Below are positions 31,235-40,999 of a stretch of 62,487 bases of DNA, one piece after another. Below the pieces are notes generated by a model. It was not told where the DNA came from and ran no database searches. It saw only the letters and a program-made list of their open reading frames with translations. The position numbers were made by a program, and so were the translations under genes. Each line of letters opens with the position of its first letter. Within the stretch, counting starts at the first letter, position 1. Source of the DNA: Alphaproteobacteria bacterium (GTDB taxonomy: Bacteria; Pseudomonadota; Alphaproteobacteria; Caulobacterales; Maricaulaceae); the NCBI GenBank assembly GCA_024278915.1, contig JAJRSG010000231.1:1-62487 (forward strand), in the 5' to 3' direction.

Positions 31235-31564
31235 CTATTTTTGAAGTGTACGGACAAAGGCTATCAAATCAAGGCCGTCGGAATTGCTGATGATACCCTT
31301 GAATGGAGGCATAAATGCTGTTCCATTCATGATCGAAACAAGTAATATGCCATCGGCTTTATCCATTCGATCGCCTCTGATAAAACTGGGTACCCCTGGA
31401 AAAATAGGTATGCCTTCTACGCCATGGCATGTCTTACAGGGTTGTTCGTCCCAAATCATTTTACCGATTGCTGGATCACCGGCAAATGTCGGTTTAGTCG
31501 CGGATAGACTTACGGCAATTGTAATAAAGACGGGTAGTATAGTCTTTAGGAGTAGAAACTTCAT
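31235..31564 (-). CDS. Monohaem class I cytochrome c
   Basis: One CKTCHG motif, a distal Met context (NGTAFMPPF) and a signal peptide from ATG 31564 (MKFLLLK...). The ORF-track GTG 31573 is probably too early. Confidence 0.8.
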   Translation of the reverse strand: MKFLLLKTILPVFITIAVSLSATKPTFAGDPAIGKMIWDEQPCKTCHGVEGIPIFPGVPSFIRGDRMDKADGILLVSIMNGTAFMPPFKGIISNSDGLDLIAFVRTLQK

Positions 31565-31637
31565 ATGTGCCACCTATTATTAGTGATATGGTTTAAAAAT
31601 TGGTATATCTGATAAACTAACTAAATTATACGGATAT

Positions 31638-32972
31638 TTACTCGCTCTCAAGCTTGCGGTAAATAGTGGAAAGACCAACCCTCAAATTATTAGCTGCTTT
31701 TTGTCTGTTGCCACCGGCGGACTTAATAGCTTGCATGATAATTTCTTTTTCAAATGCATGAACACGTTCTTTAAATCCACCGCCTGTCATTTGCGTAGCT
31801 TCTGTTTCGGTACAATGAATTGTCGACGGTAGATCGTTTATGGTAACATGGTCGTCGTCACACAGTAGCAATGCCCGTTGCAGGGCATTGTCCAGTTCCC
31901 GAAAATTTCCCGGCCAGGTATGGGCCTGCAGAGCGTCCCAGACTTCTGGGTCGATGGTTATGGAGTCAAGATTATATCGGTTCGTATATTTTTCGATTAT
32001 AAATTCAATGGCTGATTTAATAGCCTCTTTTTGATCCCTGAGGGGTGGCACCGTAATCTGGACCACATTCAGACGATAATACAAATCGCTGCGGAATGCC
32101 CCCTTAGAAACCATTTCCTCCAGATTTTGATTGGTCGCGATAACGAAACGGGTATCAATCTTGCGATCTTTCTTCGCGCCTACTGCCCGGACAGTCTTTT
32201 CTTCCAGCACATGTAATAATTTCACCTGGGCGGATAGGGGCATTTCTCCGATTTCATCGAGAAACAGGATGCCCTTACTTGCCGCCACGAACAGGCCATC
32301 TTGAGCGCGGTCAGCTCCGGTAAAGGCGCCCTTGACGTGGCCAAACAGCTCACTCTCCAAGAGATTTTCGGGGATGGCACCACAATTGACCCGTATGAAT
32401 GGCGCATTGGACCGGTCGCTGGCCATGTGAATCATACGCGCTACGACACCTTTGCCAACCCCGGATTCACCGGTGATCAGAACGGTCAGGTTTTTCGAGC
32501 TTACTTTCGTGATCAGGTTTTTTATTTTTTCTCCGCTTGGGGTGTCGGAGAACCAGAACTCGGAGTTTACATGTTGCACGATCCGCCTCAGGAAGGTGTT
32601 CTCCGTCTTTAGGCGATCTATGTCATAGAGTTGCTGGGCGCGCCGTATTAAATCAGGTACCCGCAGCGGTTTTATGACATAATCCTGGGCACCCATTTTA
32701 AGGGCCGATACGGCCGTTTTAACGGAAGCGAATGCCGTCATCAGAATAATCGGTGTGGTATTACCGGACTCGCGGACCTGCTGGATAATTTCCAGGCCCT
32801 CGATATCGGGCAAACGCAAATCCGTAATGATGACATCAAAATCATTATTTGCAATTTCATTGATGCCTTCGGTTCCGGTTCCAACTCCGATGGCTTCTAT
32901 GCCATCCTTCTCCATCTGGCTAACCAGGACCTGCCTGAATGCCGTTTCATCTTCAATGATTAAGACCTTCAT
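31638..32972 (-). CDS. Sigma-54-dependent response regulator (NtrC family enhancer-binding protein)
   Basis: REC domain (DVIITDLRLPD), AAA+ domain with GESGVGKG Walker A, GAFTGA loop and LFLDEIGEM Walker B, and a C-terminal Fis-type HTH. Confidence 0.9.
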   Translation of the reverse strand: MKVLIIEDETAFRQVLVSQMEKDGIEAIGVGTGTEGINEIANNDFDVIITDLRLPDIEGLEIIQQVRESGNTTPIILMTAFASVKTAVSALKMGAQDYVIKPLRVPDLIRRAQQLYDIDRLKTENTFLRRIVQHVNSEFWFSDTPSGEKIKNLITKVSSKNLTVLITGESGVGKGVVARMIHMASDRSNAPFIRVNCGAIPENLLESELFGHVKGAFTGADRAQDGLFVAASKGILFLDEIGEMPLSAQVKLLHVLEEKTVRAVGAKKDRKIDTRFVIATNQNLEEMVSKGAFRSDLYYRLNVVQITVPPLRDQKEAIKSAIEFIIEKYTNRYNLDSITIDPEVWDALQAHTWPGNFRELDNALQRALLLCDDDHVTINDLPSTIHCTETEATQMTGGGFKERVHAFEKEIIMQAIKSAGGNRQKAANNLRVGLSTIYRKLESE

Positions 32973-34480
32973 AATATTATTCCTTCAGGCAATTTGTCAG
33001 GGGTTGATCCGACCGGCAATTCAACAATGACCGTGGTGCCAACGTCCTGCTCACTCTCGATTATAATGTGGCCATCGAGCTCTTCGATGATATCCTTGCA
33101 TACGGATAATCCCAGACCAGTTCCCTTGCCACGAGGCTTGGTGGTGAAAAAAGGCTCCATAGCCCGTAATTTATTACTTTTTGTCATACCGTGACCGTTA
33201 TCGCTAATGGCGATACTGACCATATTTGTTTCGTATTTCGTGCTGATAGTGACCTTGCCATTTTTCGGTGATACGGCATCACAGGCATTAATAACAATAT
33301 TGAGGACAACCTGGATAACATGATCGGAAACCGCCATGACCGGCGGGATTAAAGTGTCGAGTTTAAATTCAATTGTCAATTTTTTGAAACGGGGATCAAA
33401 ACGCAATAAATTTGTCGCGGTTTCAATGTTGGTATTAATGTCAACCAATTCCCGGTCGGGAGAACCGGAGTAGGTAAATTCCTGAATGGTACGGATGGAT
33501 TTACTCAGGCGTTCGACCTGCTGGACGACAATATCCAGTCGTTTCAGGTTTTCATCGACATTTTTTTCGCTGGGATCTTCGCCGAGGCTCTCGCCAATTT
33601 GCGATATCAGAGCCATAATCGCCTGAATCGGATTGCCGATTTCATGGGCGATCCCGGCGGCAAAGGAACCAAGGGTAAACATTTTCTCCTGACTGGACAG
33701 GCGGTGATGGAATTCTTCGGCTTCCTTTTCCTGCTTTTTCAGAGCCTTCGCCATATTATTGATGGAACCGACCAGGTTACCAACTTCATCTTTGCGGTAG
33801 GTAATCATTTTCGAGCCATAATCACCCAGGGTGATACGCTTGGCCCGTAATTCCAGTTGTTCAAGGGAGCGCACCAGACGGGTAAGAAAAATCCCGCCAG
33901 AAATCACGACGATTAAGACCCCGATTATGCCAATGCCCAGGAGTATCACCATGTAGAGATTAGTCGTATTACGGAAATTTACGAATAAATTTTGGCGGTT
34001 TTCTGACAGCGTGCTTACTTTTTGATGGAGATATTTAGTGTGTTCATTAATGATTTTAATCAGGTCCGATGCATAAACCCGGAACTCGTCCACATCGGCG
34101 TTATTATCATTTAAAATACGCAATTGTTTGATCGCCACATTAAACTTTTCCAGGATCGCAAAATTGGCTAACTTGCCACTGGTCGATTCCAGGTGGCTGA
34201 GTTGCTCAAGGCGTTTAGTCCAATTATTCGTGCGAAGGAATACAGGTCCTTCTGATGGCACGGCAAGTTCCCGCGCCAATTCTGCGGCAATCCAAATACT
34301 GATCATGGGGTTTTGGGAGCGACGTTCAAGCTCGATCATGGCGCCAAAATGACTGGTCATGATATTGCTTTTGAACCACAGACCTAATGAGACTTCAATG
34401 ACAACGAATATGGTGATGCTGACGATCAGGTAGATCGCCTTATACCACAAACTGTCGGGCCTTAAATGAATTCTGTTCAT
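32969..34480 (-). CDS. Sensor histidine kinase (periplasmic sensor-HAMP-HisKA-HATPase)
   Basis: Two TM segments flank a ~150-aa periplasmic region. HAMP domain, H-box GIAHEIGNP, DNGHGM and GTGLGLS ATP-lid motifs. 4-nt overlap with the regulator gene. Confidence 0.85.
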   Translation of the reverse strand: MNRIHLRPDSLWYKAIYLIVSITIFVVIEVSLGLWFKSNIMTSHFGAMIELERRSQNPMISIWIAAELARELAVPSEGPVFLRTNNWTKRLEQLSHLESTSGKLANFAILEKFNVAIKQLRILNDNNADVDEFRVYASDLIKIINEHTKYLHQKVSTLSENRQNLFVNFRNTTNLYMVILLGIGIIGVLIVVISGGIFLTRLVRSLEQLELRAKRITLGDYGSKMITYRKDEVGNLVGSINNMAKALKKQEKEAEEFHHRLSSQEKMFTLGSFAAGIAHEIGNPIQAIMALISQIGESLGEDPSEKNVDENLKRLDIVVQQVERLSKSIRTIQEFTYSGSPDRELVDINTNIETATNLLRFDPRFKKLTIEFKLDTLIPPVMAVSDHVIQVVLNIVINACDAVSPKNGKVTISTKYETNMVSIAISDNGHGMTKSNKLRAMEPFFTTKPRGKGTGLGLSVCKDIIEELDGHIIIESEQDVGTTVIVELPVGSTPDKLPEGIIL

Positions 34481-34484
34481 GGGC

Positions 34485-35051
34485 TTATTCTTGATCCATC
34501 AACTGTTCTAAATATTCATAAATTTCGTCGTCATGCCATTCTTTTGCACCCACTATTCTATCCCTCAGGCAGCCCGTGGAATCAAAAATCAGTGTTTCAG
34601 GCAGGCCAGCAACTTTCCATTTTCTGATTGTTACGACTTGTTGAGCATCAACAAAATTCGTAAATGAAATATCATTGCGATACAGAAATTCCCGCACAAC
34701 GATAGGCTGAACATTGTCAACACTAATCCCCAGGACAACGCCGTCGCTGGGCGGTAACCGATCGCTGAGGGCCTGCAAACTCGGCATTTCATAGCGGCAC
34801 GGCGGGCACCAGGTGGCCCAGACGTTTACAATAACCAGCTTGCCAAGATAATTCCCCAAATTTTCCCGTCCGCCATCAACCCTCTCAAGAACCGTATTAT
34901 CCAGAGTGATGGGGGTATCCGGGTTTTCCAAATCATACTGACAGGCCACCTCGTCGACCTGATCGCACGAAGCAATCAGCAGAGCCATCCCCAACACTAG
35001 AAATAGCCGAAAATTTCTTATTACAGGGGGTAAGTGAAAATTCTTTGTCAT
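34485..35051 (-). CDS. TlpA/ResA-like thiol:disulfide oxidoreductase lipoprotein
   Basis: WATWCPPCRYE thioredoxin motif. The start was moved to ATG 35051, giving lipobox LIAS-C with Asp at +2 (inner-membrane retention rule). The start overlaps the upstream stop by 1 nt (TAATG). Confidence 0.8.
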   Translation of the reverse strand: MTKNFHLPPVIRNFRLFLVLGMALLIASCDQVDEVACQYDLENPDTPITLDNTVLERVDGGRENLGNYLGKLVIVNVWATWCPPCRYEMPSLQALSDRLPPSDGVVLGISVDNVQPIVVREFLYRNDISFTNFVDAQQVVTIRKWKVAGLPETLIFDSTGCLRDRIVGAKEWHDDEIYEYLEQLMDQE

Positions 35052-35662
35052 TATTCTGTATTGATTGCCGGGTTGTCTGATCGGGTTGTTGTGTTTGATG
35101 AATTTGAAGACAGAGCCACAATCTGTTTCCATTCCCATATTGCTGCTTCTGCCTTGCGTTTAAAGGGGCTATCGTTTTTTGTTAAATGGATATAGGTGTT
35201 CATGGCCCCAATAGCGCCTTGAATGCTGCCAAGTTTTTCCAATGCCTCGGCCATACCATAATAGGCATTTGCCTGTTCGGGGCGAAGAATAGTGGCTTCA
35301 TCAAATGCATTATAGGCTGCCTGCCATTGCTGTGTTTCCAAGAGCACGTAGCCGATATTAACATGAACTTCCGGAATGTTCGGGTTTCTTCTGTGCGCCA
35401 GTTCAAACATCGCCAAGGCATCTTTAGGGCGTCCCTGGCGCATCAATTCAAGGCCTTTGTAAAAATGCTCTGCAAATTCTCCTTTGTGTTTTCTGCCTTG
35501 TACGACCGGTGGAGTTTTATCGGTTTGCCCTGGGTTTTCCATAACCGGGGCAACCAGGGTCGGTTGCAGCGCCGGTTTATTCAACAGATACCCCCCCATA
35601 GCGACACTAACGACCACCAAAGCCAAGGCAAAGGGGAGGCGGTGTTTGCGTTTTATTAACAT
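35051..35662 (-). CDS. Membrane-anchored TPR-repeat protein
   Basis: The start was moved to ATG 35662 (MLIKRKHRLPFALALVVVSV... TM anchor), overlapping the ccsA stop by 1 nt (TGATG). TPR units (ALAMFELAHRRNPN, AYNAFDEATILRPE, YYGMAEALEKLG). Confidence 0.7.
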   Translation of the reverse strand: MLIKRKHRLPFALALVVVSVAMGGYLLNKPALQPTLVAPVMENPGQTDKTPPVVQGRKHKGEFAEHFYKGLELMRQGRPKDALAMFELAHRRNPNIPEVHVNIGYVLLETQQWQAAYNAFDEATILRPEQANAYYGMAEALEKLGSIQGAIGAMNTYIHLTKNDSPFKRKAEAAIWEWKQIVALSSNSSNTTTRSDNPAINTE

Positions 35663-36495
35663 CAGACCGCCCCCTGGTGAGCTGCGTAGGAGAAAAATGG
35701 AACGCCATAAAATGTCAGGAAAGCCAAAACAAATGTCAGCAGAATAAGACAGGCGTTTATAACCGGCAAGCTGTGTTGAATATAGCGCAAATGCATATAG
35801 AAAATGACACATATCCAGGTCAAAAAGGACCACGTTTCAAGCGGATCCCAGGCCCAGTATCGACCCCAGGCATCCTGCGCCCAGATCGCTCCGACGATCA
35901 GCATCAGAGTTTGAAAGACAAAGCCAACCAGCATGAAACGGGCTGAAAGCTCATCAAGTGCTCCGGTGGCGGGCATGGTTGGAAAATATAAGGCCGCATT
36001 ATCCGCTAGTTCCTGACGTTCGCCATACTGCCGCATCAATATAATCAGCGAAATAGATGATGCGATGACTACGCAACCAATAAAGATTTTACCGACGATG
36101 ACATGTACCGGCAGCCAGATGGTATCGAACGTGATAGCGACCAACGCATCCCTTGGTTCAACAACCAGGTTCCATATAACCATAACGCTCAGGATTGGCA
36201 GCACCACAGCGAGAATGGGACGAATACGTTCAACCATTAAACAGGCAATTATAATTGCCAGATGATAGCCCCATACTCCACTGCTGATGACCTCCCAGAA
36301 ATCAACATAGGGGCCGTGACCCTGGCGGACCCACCGCAACGTCAGCGATAGGGTATTACCTGCCAAGGCAAAGCCAAGGAAAAACAATACGGGTTTCCAT
36401 CCGGGCTTACCATATTTCGCCGTCCCAATAGCGCCAAGCGTGGCCAGGAGGTAAAAGCCCGTGGAAAAGTAAAAAAAGTAAAATTCAGTCAACAT
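35662..36495 (-). CDS. ccsA: Cytochrome c biogenesis System II haem-handling protein CcsA/ResC
   Basis: Trp-rich WWD motif WAQDAWGRYWAWDPLETW. Polytopic, 277 aa. Confidence 0.85.
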   Translation of the reverse strand: MLTEFYFFYFSTGFYLLATLGAIGTAKYGKPGWKPVLFFLGFALAGNTLSLTLRWVRQGHGPYVDFWEVISSGVWGYHLAIIIACLMVERIRPILAVVLPILSVMVIWNLVVEPRDALVAITFDTIWLPVHVIVGKIFIGCVVIASSISLIILMRQYGERQELADNAALYFPTMPATGALDELSARFMLVGFVFQTLMLIVGAIWAQDAWGRYWAWDPLETWSFLTWICVIFYMHLRYIQHSLPVINACLILLTFVLAFLTFYGVPFFSYAAHQGAV

Positions 36496-36509
36496 TATGG
36501 CGTTTACGA

Positions 36510-37511
36510 TCAGCGATTAAGCGGGTTTTCTAGTGAACTTTTCAATGAATATTGGGCGGCATCCCAAGGGGTAGAACGGATTTTTAAAAAGCAATGCCAT
36601 CCCAGTCCGCATACGGCGACCAGCGAGGCCGCCAGTATCCAGGACATGGCTGGATTGTAGTAAATACCGTAACCCATCCACGCCCGCAACTCGCCATAAC
36701 GCAAAGTACCCCCACCTATGGGCATGACTTGACCGGGTAGTAAAGTTGTGCGGACATCGTCCACAGTGACAACCAAAGAGGCATCCTTCGGTACTGAGAA
36801 CTGCCATTGGGCATCCTCGGTATAAATTGGTGCGGATAATTCAAGCCACAATGCTACTGTCTTGGCTGTGTCTGGTGCCGTCCAGCTATTGGCTTGCACG
36901 GCCTCATTGAGCGGGTATCCCGGAAAATGAACACTGCCAGTCGATATTTGTCCGGCCTTGTCCGTATAACTGAGCAAAGTGGCAAATCCTTTGTTTGACG
37001 TAGTATAAAAACGGTAGCCGTTGATGATCAGCGGATAATGATCTCCGACAATCTGTTCATCCCATTTGCCGTCGGGGCCTTGAATTTTCACGGTGCTGTA
37101 GGTTTCACGGCGGGTCATTCCGGGTTTGTAATTAATGCTGAACGGACCCTGAATAAACCGTATTCTATGAAGAGTATCTCTATTCAAGGAACCATTCATA
37201 ACAGTAATCTGGTTCGGGTCAAATTCACTGCCTTCCGTCAGTTCAATGCTGGCGATCACAGCGCTTAATTGCCCGAAGGCTGCTAGCCCGGCCACGGCAG
37301 CGAGGGCTAAATGGAAAACCAGCAAACCGCCTTGAGTACGCAATTTCCTATTGTAAACAATAGCCACCATCAGGTTGAGACACAATCCAACCAATGGCAT
37401 AGCAATGAGCTTCCCGGAAACCGTTTCATCGACCATTCTGCTGTATAAAAGCAGAGCTGCCGCAATAGTCAGCAATATGAGTGTCAACCAGATTGAAGCC
37501 AGAAACTTCAT
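36510..37511 (-). CDS. ccsB: ResB/CcsB-like cytochrome c biogenesis protein (short form)
   Basis: N-terminal MKFLASIWLTLILLTIAAALLL, further TM segments, a large periplasmic loop and a C-terminal TM. It lies immediately upstream of ccsA. 333 aa is shorter than typical ResB. Confidence 0.65.
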   Translation of the reverse strand: MKFLASIWLTLILLTIAAALLLYSRMVDETVSGKLIAMPLVGLCLNLMVAIVYNRKLRTQGGLLVFHLALAAVAGLAAFGQLSAVIASIELTEGSEFDPNQITVMNGSLNRDTLHRIRFIQGPFSINYKPGMTRRETYSTVKIQGPDGKWDEQIVGDHYPLIINGYRFYTTSNKGFATLLSYTDKAGQISTGSVHFPGYPLNEAVQANSWTAPDTAKTVALWLELSAPIYTEDAQWQFSVPKDASLVVTVDDVRTTLLPGQVMPIGGGTLRYGELRAWMGYGIYYNPAMSWILAASLVAVCGLGWHCFLKIRSTPWDAAQYSLKSSLENPLNR

Positions 37512-37526
37512 GTATAATTCCTATAA

Positions 37527-39935
37527 TCAGGGGGCGTCTTGGCAGGTGTCTTTCATCCAGTCTTTACCCGTATTGCCGGGTTTTCCACAATCATTTTCCC
37601 GCCATGTACCGCTCTTGCGCCAGTTTACAATGCGCAGTGAAGCGTTCCGGTAATAAGGTGCATAACTATAGAAATTTGTCGCCACACTGGTGCCCGGTGA
37701 TTGACCGCCTTCGGGTCCTACATCGTTAAGATTAACCAATAAAGCCTTGTTTTTCCAACCATGGGGCAATGCTACATGGCAATAATTACACTTGATGCCC
37801 GTATCAATACGCTTGGCATGGAGACCATGCAGGTTGTTGTCACGATCACAGCAAAAACCACTTTTGGTGGAATTTTCCGTGGCATAGTTGTTGTAGCTAT
37901 GGCACATGAAACAAAGATCGTTGCTACTGCCCTGGCCCGTCCCGGCATCATAATCGCCTTTTAAAATAAACGGTTTACTTGATCCATGTGGCCCCCACGA
38001 ATTGCCGTCGTCACCGCCGCTGGGCTCAACGGTTCCAGAAGCCGTTGAGGAACCATGACAATCACTGCAATACATAGTCTGGTTGCCCATATCAGCGCTA
38101 CCGTTCCACGGTGAGAGGAACATTGAGCTCTGGTTCATACTTCCCCGAACGGAATACGTTCGCCCGGTTGCCGCCATGGCGGGATGCCAGGACCGGTGGT
38201 TGACGGTTATCTCACCCACATCCTCGCTGGGGGCTACGAACTCCATAGCCTGGTTCGTATAATTAGAAGGGCCACTTCCCGTCGGAGAAGGATAATTGGG
38301 GGTGGCCGCACCCAACGCCGGGGCACCCGTATTATTGGGATTGCCATCTTGTGTGATAGCATCAGGGTATCCATAATTTGAATGGCATTTCAGACAAACC
38401 TGATATTCCCGGGTCACATAGATATTGGTGACATCCGTGCTCGCCCCTGAGGTCGGATAACCTTTCTTGACAGTGAAATTAACCGGTTCCTCGCCGAAGG
38501 TAACAGACGACGTCGATGAGTAAATCGGCTCAACACCCCATGCACCGCTTAAAACACCCGATGCCAGATTGGTATGTCCTGAGCTATGGGTATGGGTTCC
38601 CACCGCATCAGGAATATTGCCGTTACCATTGAACAGCCGGGTTTTGATAACCCGGTGGGGATTATGACAGTCGGTACATTCAACATGCCTGTTCGAGGGG
38701 GTTGTGCGCCCAAGTTTAGCCGGGGTTTCAAGAAAATCAGCGCCGGATTTGCTTGCCACGACGGTGCCAATGTCATGGGCCTCGTTGGTTATATCAATGG
38801 GCATGGACCGCAACAGGGCAAAGTCAGTTTCAATGTCGGGAACCAGATTATTTACTGAACTCAAAATGCTGTTGCCACTCGAAGTGTGACATTGATAACA
38901 GGTCTCTTCGATAGCCGAATTGCCACCGGTTTTTGGTGAAAGGAGGCTATCGGTTCCTTCACGGAGCAGGCGTCTGGAGCCTTCAACTGTGTGAGTATCA
39001 TGACAGTTCAGGCAGGCGGCTTTCCAGACCGGAATGTCTGCCGGAAAATCTCTCAGGTCTGTTGCTCCCGGAAGATATGTTTCGTTGGCCACCGAACTGA
39101 TGGCATGAGCCGAGCTAGACCAACCGGATTTATTATGGCAGCCCAGACACAGGATGTCGGTAGTTTCATTATAGCTGCCACTGGATGGTGCCGCAGTCTG
39201 AAAGCGATTGTGGCGTAAAAACTTGATAGATTCTCCCGAAAGATCGCGAATATGGGGGTCATGGCAGCTCGAACATTGCAGTTTCCCATCCTCTAAGGGA
39301 ATCAGAGGTGGACTGACGCCGACTGTCCTGTTGTTGATCCAGGTTACCAACTCAGGATCGAACAATTCACCGTCAGAATTGGATAAGTCAGTATCGTAAT
39401 CAAAGGAAATCGGATGATCATTGGTCAGATTACTACCTAGATTACGGGTGAAACCGGAAGAGCTTCCATAGGTTCCAACAGGCATCTTGTCATTGGTCGT
39501 GCCGAACATGGAAATATCTTGACCTGAGGGCAATCCATTGAGCGCATTAACATTACCAATTGCTATAGTCCCATCATGACACGACAGGCAAAGCTTACTG
39601 CTGCCTCCAGGTTGACCCAACCCAGTTGCATCCAGGGATGAAGAAGAATAAGGGGTATAACTGGTTGATGATAAGGAGCGATTCCACAGCGGCGCGGCGA
39701 CAGAAATATCGGCCCCGTGTGGTGTATGACAAAAGACACACACCTGAGTTTCAGATTGTGCCGTAACATCTCCGGGGCCGCTAACCGAAAGGTTGTGTTT
39801 TGTATTAACCACATCTGAAATACGTTCGGCCTGTACAGGCGAAGCAACAAGCCCGGCAATAAGCATTACCAAAACACGGCAAAACGGGGGTACCCAATTA
39901 AAACGGTCTACGCAAAACAAGACATATATATTCAT
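37527..39935 (-). CDS. Secreted 11-haem c-type cytochrome (802 aa)
   Basis: Signal peptide (...SPVQA/ER). Eleven CXXCH motifs: CVFCH, CLSCH, CSSCH, CLGCH, CLNCH, CYQCH, CTDCH, CLKCH, CSDCH, CFMCH, CNYCH. Confidence 0.9.
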   Translation of the reverse strand: MNIYVLFCVDRFNWVPPFCRVLVMLIAGLVASPVQAERISDVVNTKHNLSVSGPGDVTAQSETQVCVFCHTPHGADISVAAPLWNRSLSSTSYTPYSSSSLDATGLGQPGGSSKLCLSCHDGTIAIGNVNALNGLPSGQDISMFGTTNDKMPVGTYGSSSGFTRNLGSNLTNDHPISFDYDTDLSNSDGELFDPELVTWINNRTVGVSPPLIPLEDGKLQCSSCHDPHIRDLSGESIKFLRHNRFQTAAPSSGSYNETTDILCLGCHNKSGWSSSAHAISSVANETYLPGATDLRDFPADIPVWKAACLNCHDTHTVEGSRRLLREGTDSLLSPKTGGNSAIEETCYQCHTSSGNSILSSVNNLVPDIETDFALLRSMPIDITNEAHDIGTVVASKSGADFLETPAKLGRTTPSNRHVECTDCHNPHRVIKTRLFNGNGNIPDAVGTHTHSSGHTNLASGVLSGAWGVEPIYSSTSSVTFGEEPVNFTVKKGYPTSGASTDVTNIYVTREYQVCLKCHSNYGYPDAITQDGNPNNTGAPALGAATPNYPSPTGSGPSNYTNQAMEFVAPSEDVGEITVNHRSWHPAMAATGRTYSVRGSMNQSSMFLSPWNGSADMGNQTMYCSDCHGSSTASGTVEPSGGDDGNSWGPHGSSKPFILKGDYDAGTGQGSSNDLCFMCHSYNNYATENSTKSGFCCDRDNNLHGLHAKRIDTGIKCNYCHVALPHGWKNKALLVNLNDVGPEGGQSPGTSVATNFYSYAPYYRNASLRIVNWRKSGTWRENDCGKPGNTGKDWMKDTCQDAP

Positions 39936-39946
39936 ATCACTCCCCG

Positions 39947-40999
39947 TTATCGCTTCTTGCTAAGTTCGCGAAAAATCGAAACCCGTCCGTTAAACATGTC
40001 TGCCACATAGACGTTATCCTCGGTGTCGGTCCACACTCCGTTTGGCAGATAGAATTGACCATCTCCATATCCGGTTCCGCCAATCGGTAGTAAGAACTCC
40101 CCCGTGTTACTATAAATTAACAGGTGGTCAAAATAGGATTCAACAACATAGATGCGCCCATCGCCGCCTACGGCAATGCCTTTCGGGCGAACCATATTGC
40201 CCAAATTTATACCCAAACTACCGAATGTGAGGTGGTTATCCAGGTTGCCGTCAATAACCTGGATACGAAAATTAAGCGTATCGGTAATATATAATCGGGA
40301 CTCTACAAATGTTAGATGCGTCGGGCTATTGAACTCTCCTACCCCAGATCCTCTGGTGCCTATCACATCGATCAGATTACCATCATCGGTGAATACCTTA
40401 ATATTGTGCTCAGCAGTATCGGAAACATAGATTATATGGCGGAAAGGATCCCGGGCGATCCCGGTCGGGCGATTGAGGACATCTTCGCCAAAATTGCCCA
40501 ATGGTATTCCATTTTCATCAATATGGAATACTTTTCCCAGCTCCGAGTCGGTAACAAAGAAGCCGCCTTTGCCATCTCCACTGATGGCGATTGGTGAAGC
40601 GTATGTGCTGAATTCGGAAATTCGATCCCATTTCAAGAATTGTTTTTGTTCCAGATCAAAAACCATAACGGCTTTGAGGGAGGCATCAACGACCAATATG
40701 CGGCCCTTTTTGTCCCGCATACCGCTTATGGGTTTATTAAGTTCCGTATATTTTTTCTCGCCATAAATCAACCCGGTCAGCCAGCTCATAACGGTCCGGT
40801 TCTTTTTGACTTCAGTTTCATTCTGAATAAAATCACGCTCGCCGATCAGTTGACCGACAAGAGAGTAATGGGGCGGATCGGGTGGTTGCGGCCAGACAAC
40901 ACTGTCCGGTGCAGGTTCGAGTACGATAGCAACCCGTTCTTCTTCAATGGCACATGCCGAAATGATTAACGTAAAAGCCAGAATGTTTAAAATTTTCAT
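39947..40999 (-). CDS. NHL-repeat beta-propeller lipoprotein
   Basis: Lipobox IISA-C. Repeated blades of the P.G(I/V)A.D..G.(I/L)YV(V/S/A)D type (e.g. GIARDPFRHIIYVSDT, GIAVGGDGRIYVVES, GVWTDTEDNVYVADM). Confidence 0.8.
   Translation of the reverse strand: MKILNILAFTLIISACAIEEERVAIVLEPAPDSVVWPQPPDPPHYSLVGQLIGERDFIQNETEVKKNRTVMSWLTGLIYGEKKYTELNKPISGMRDKKGRILVVDASLKAVMVFDLEQKQFLKWDRISEFSTYASPIAISGDGKGGFFVTDSELGKVFHIDENGIPLGNFGEDVLNRPTGIARDPFRHIIYVSDTAEHNIKVFTDDGNLIDVIGTRGSGVGEFNSPTHLTFVESRLYITDTLNFRIQVIDGNLDNHLTFGSLGINLGNMVRPKGIAVGGDGRIYVVESYFDHLLIYSNTGEFLLPIGGTGYGDGQFYLPNGVWTDTEDNVYVADMFNGRVSIFRELSKKR

Noticed and set aside
31565-31575. TGGCAC on the minus strand just upstream of the monohaem cytochrome gene
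   Set aside because: It abuts the ATG (aggtggcacatATG) and overlaps the ribosome-binding site. No -12 GC element or room for a leader exists, so it is coincidental.
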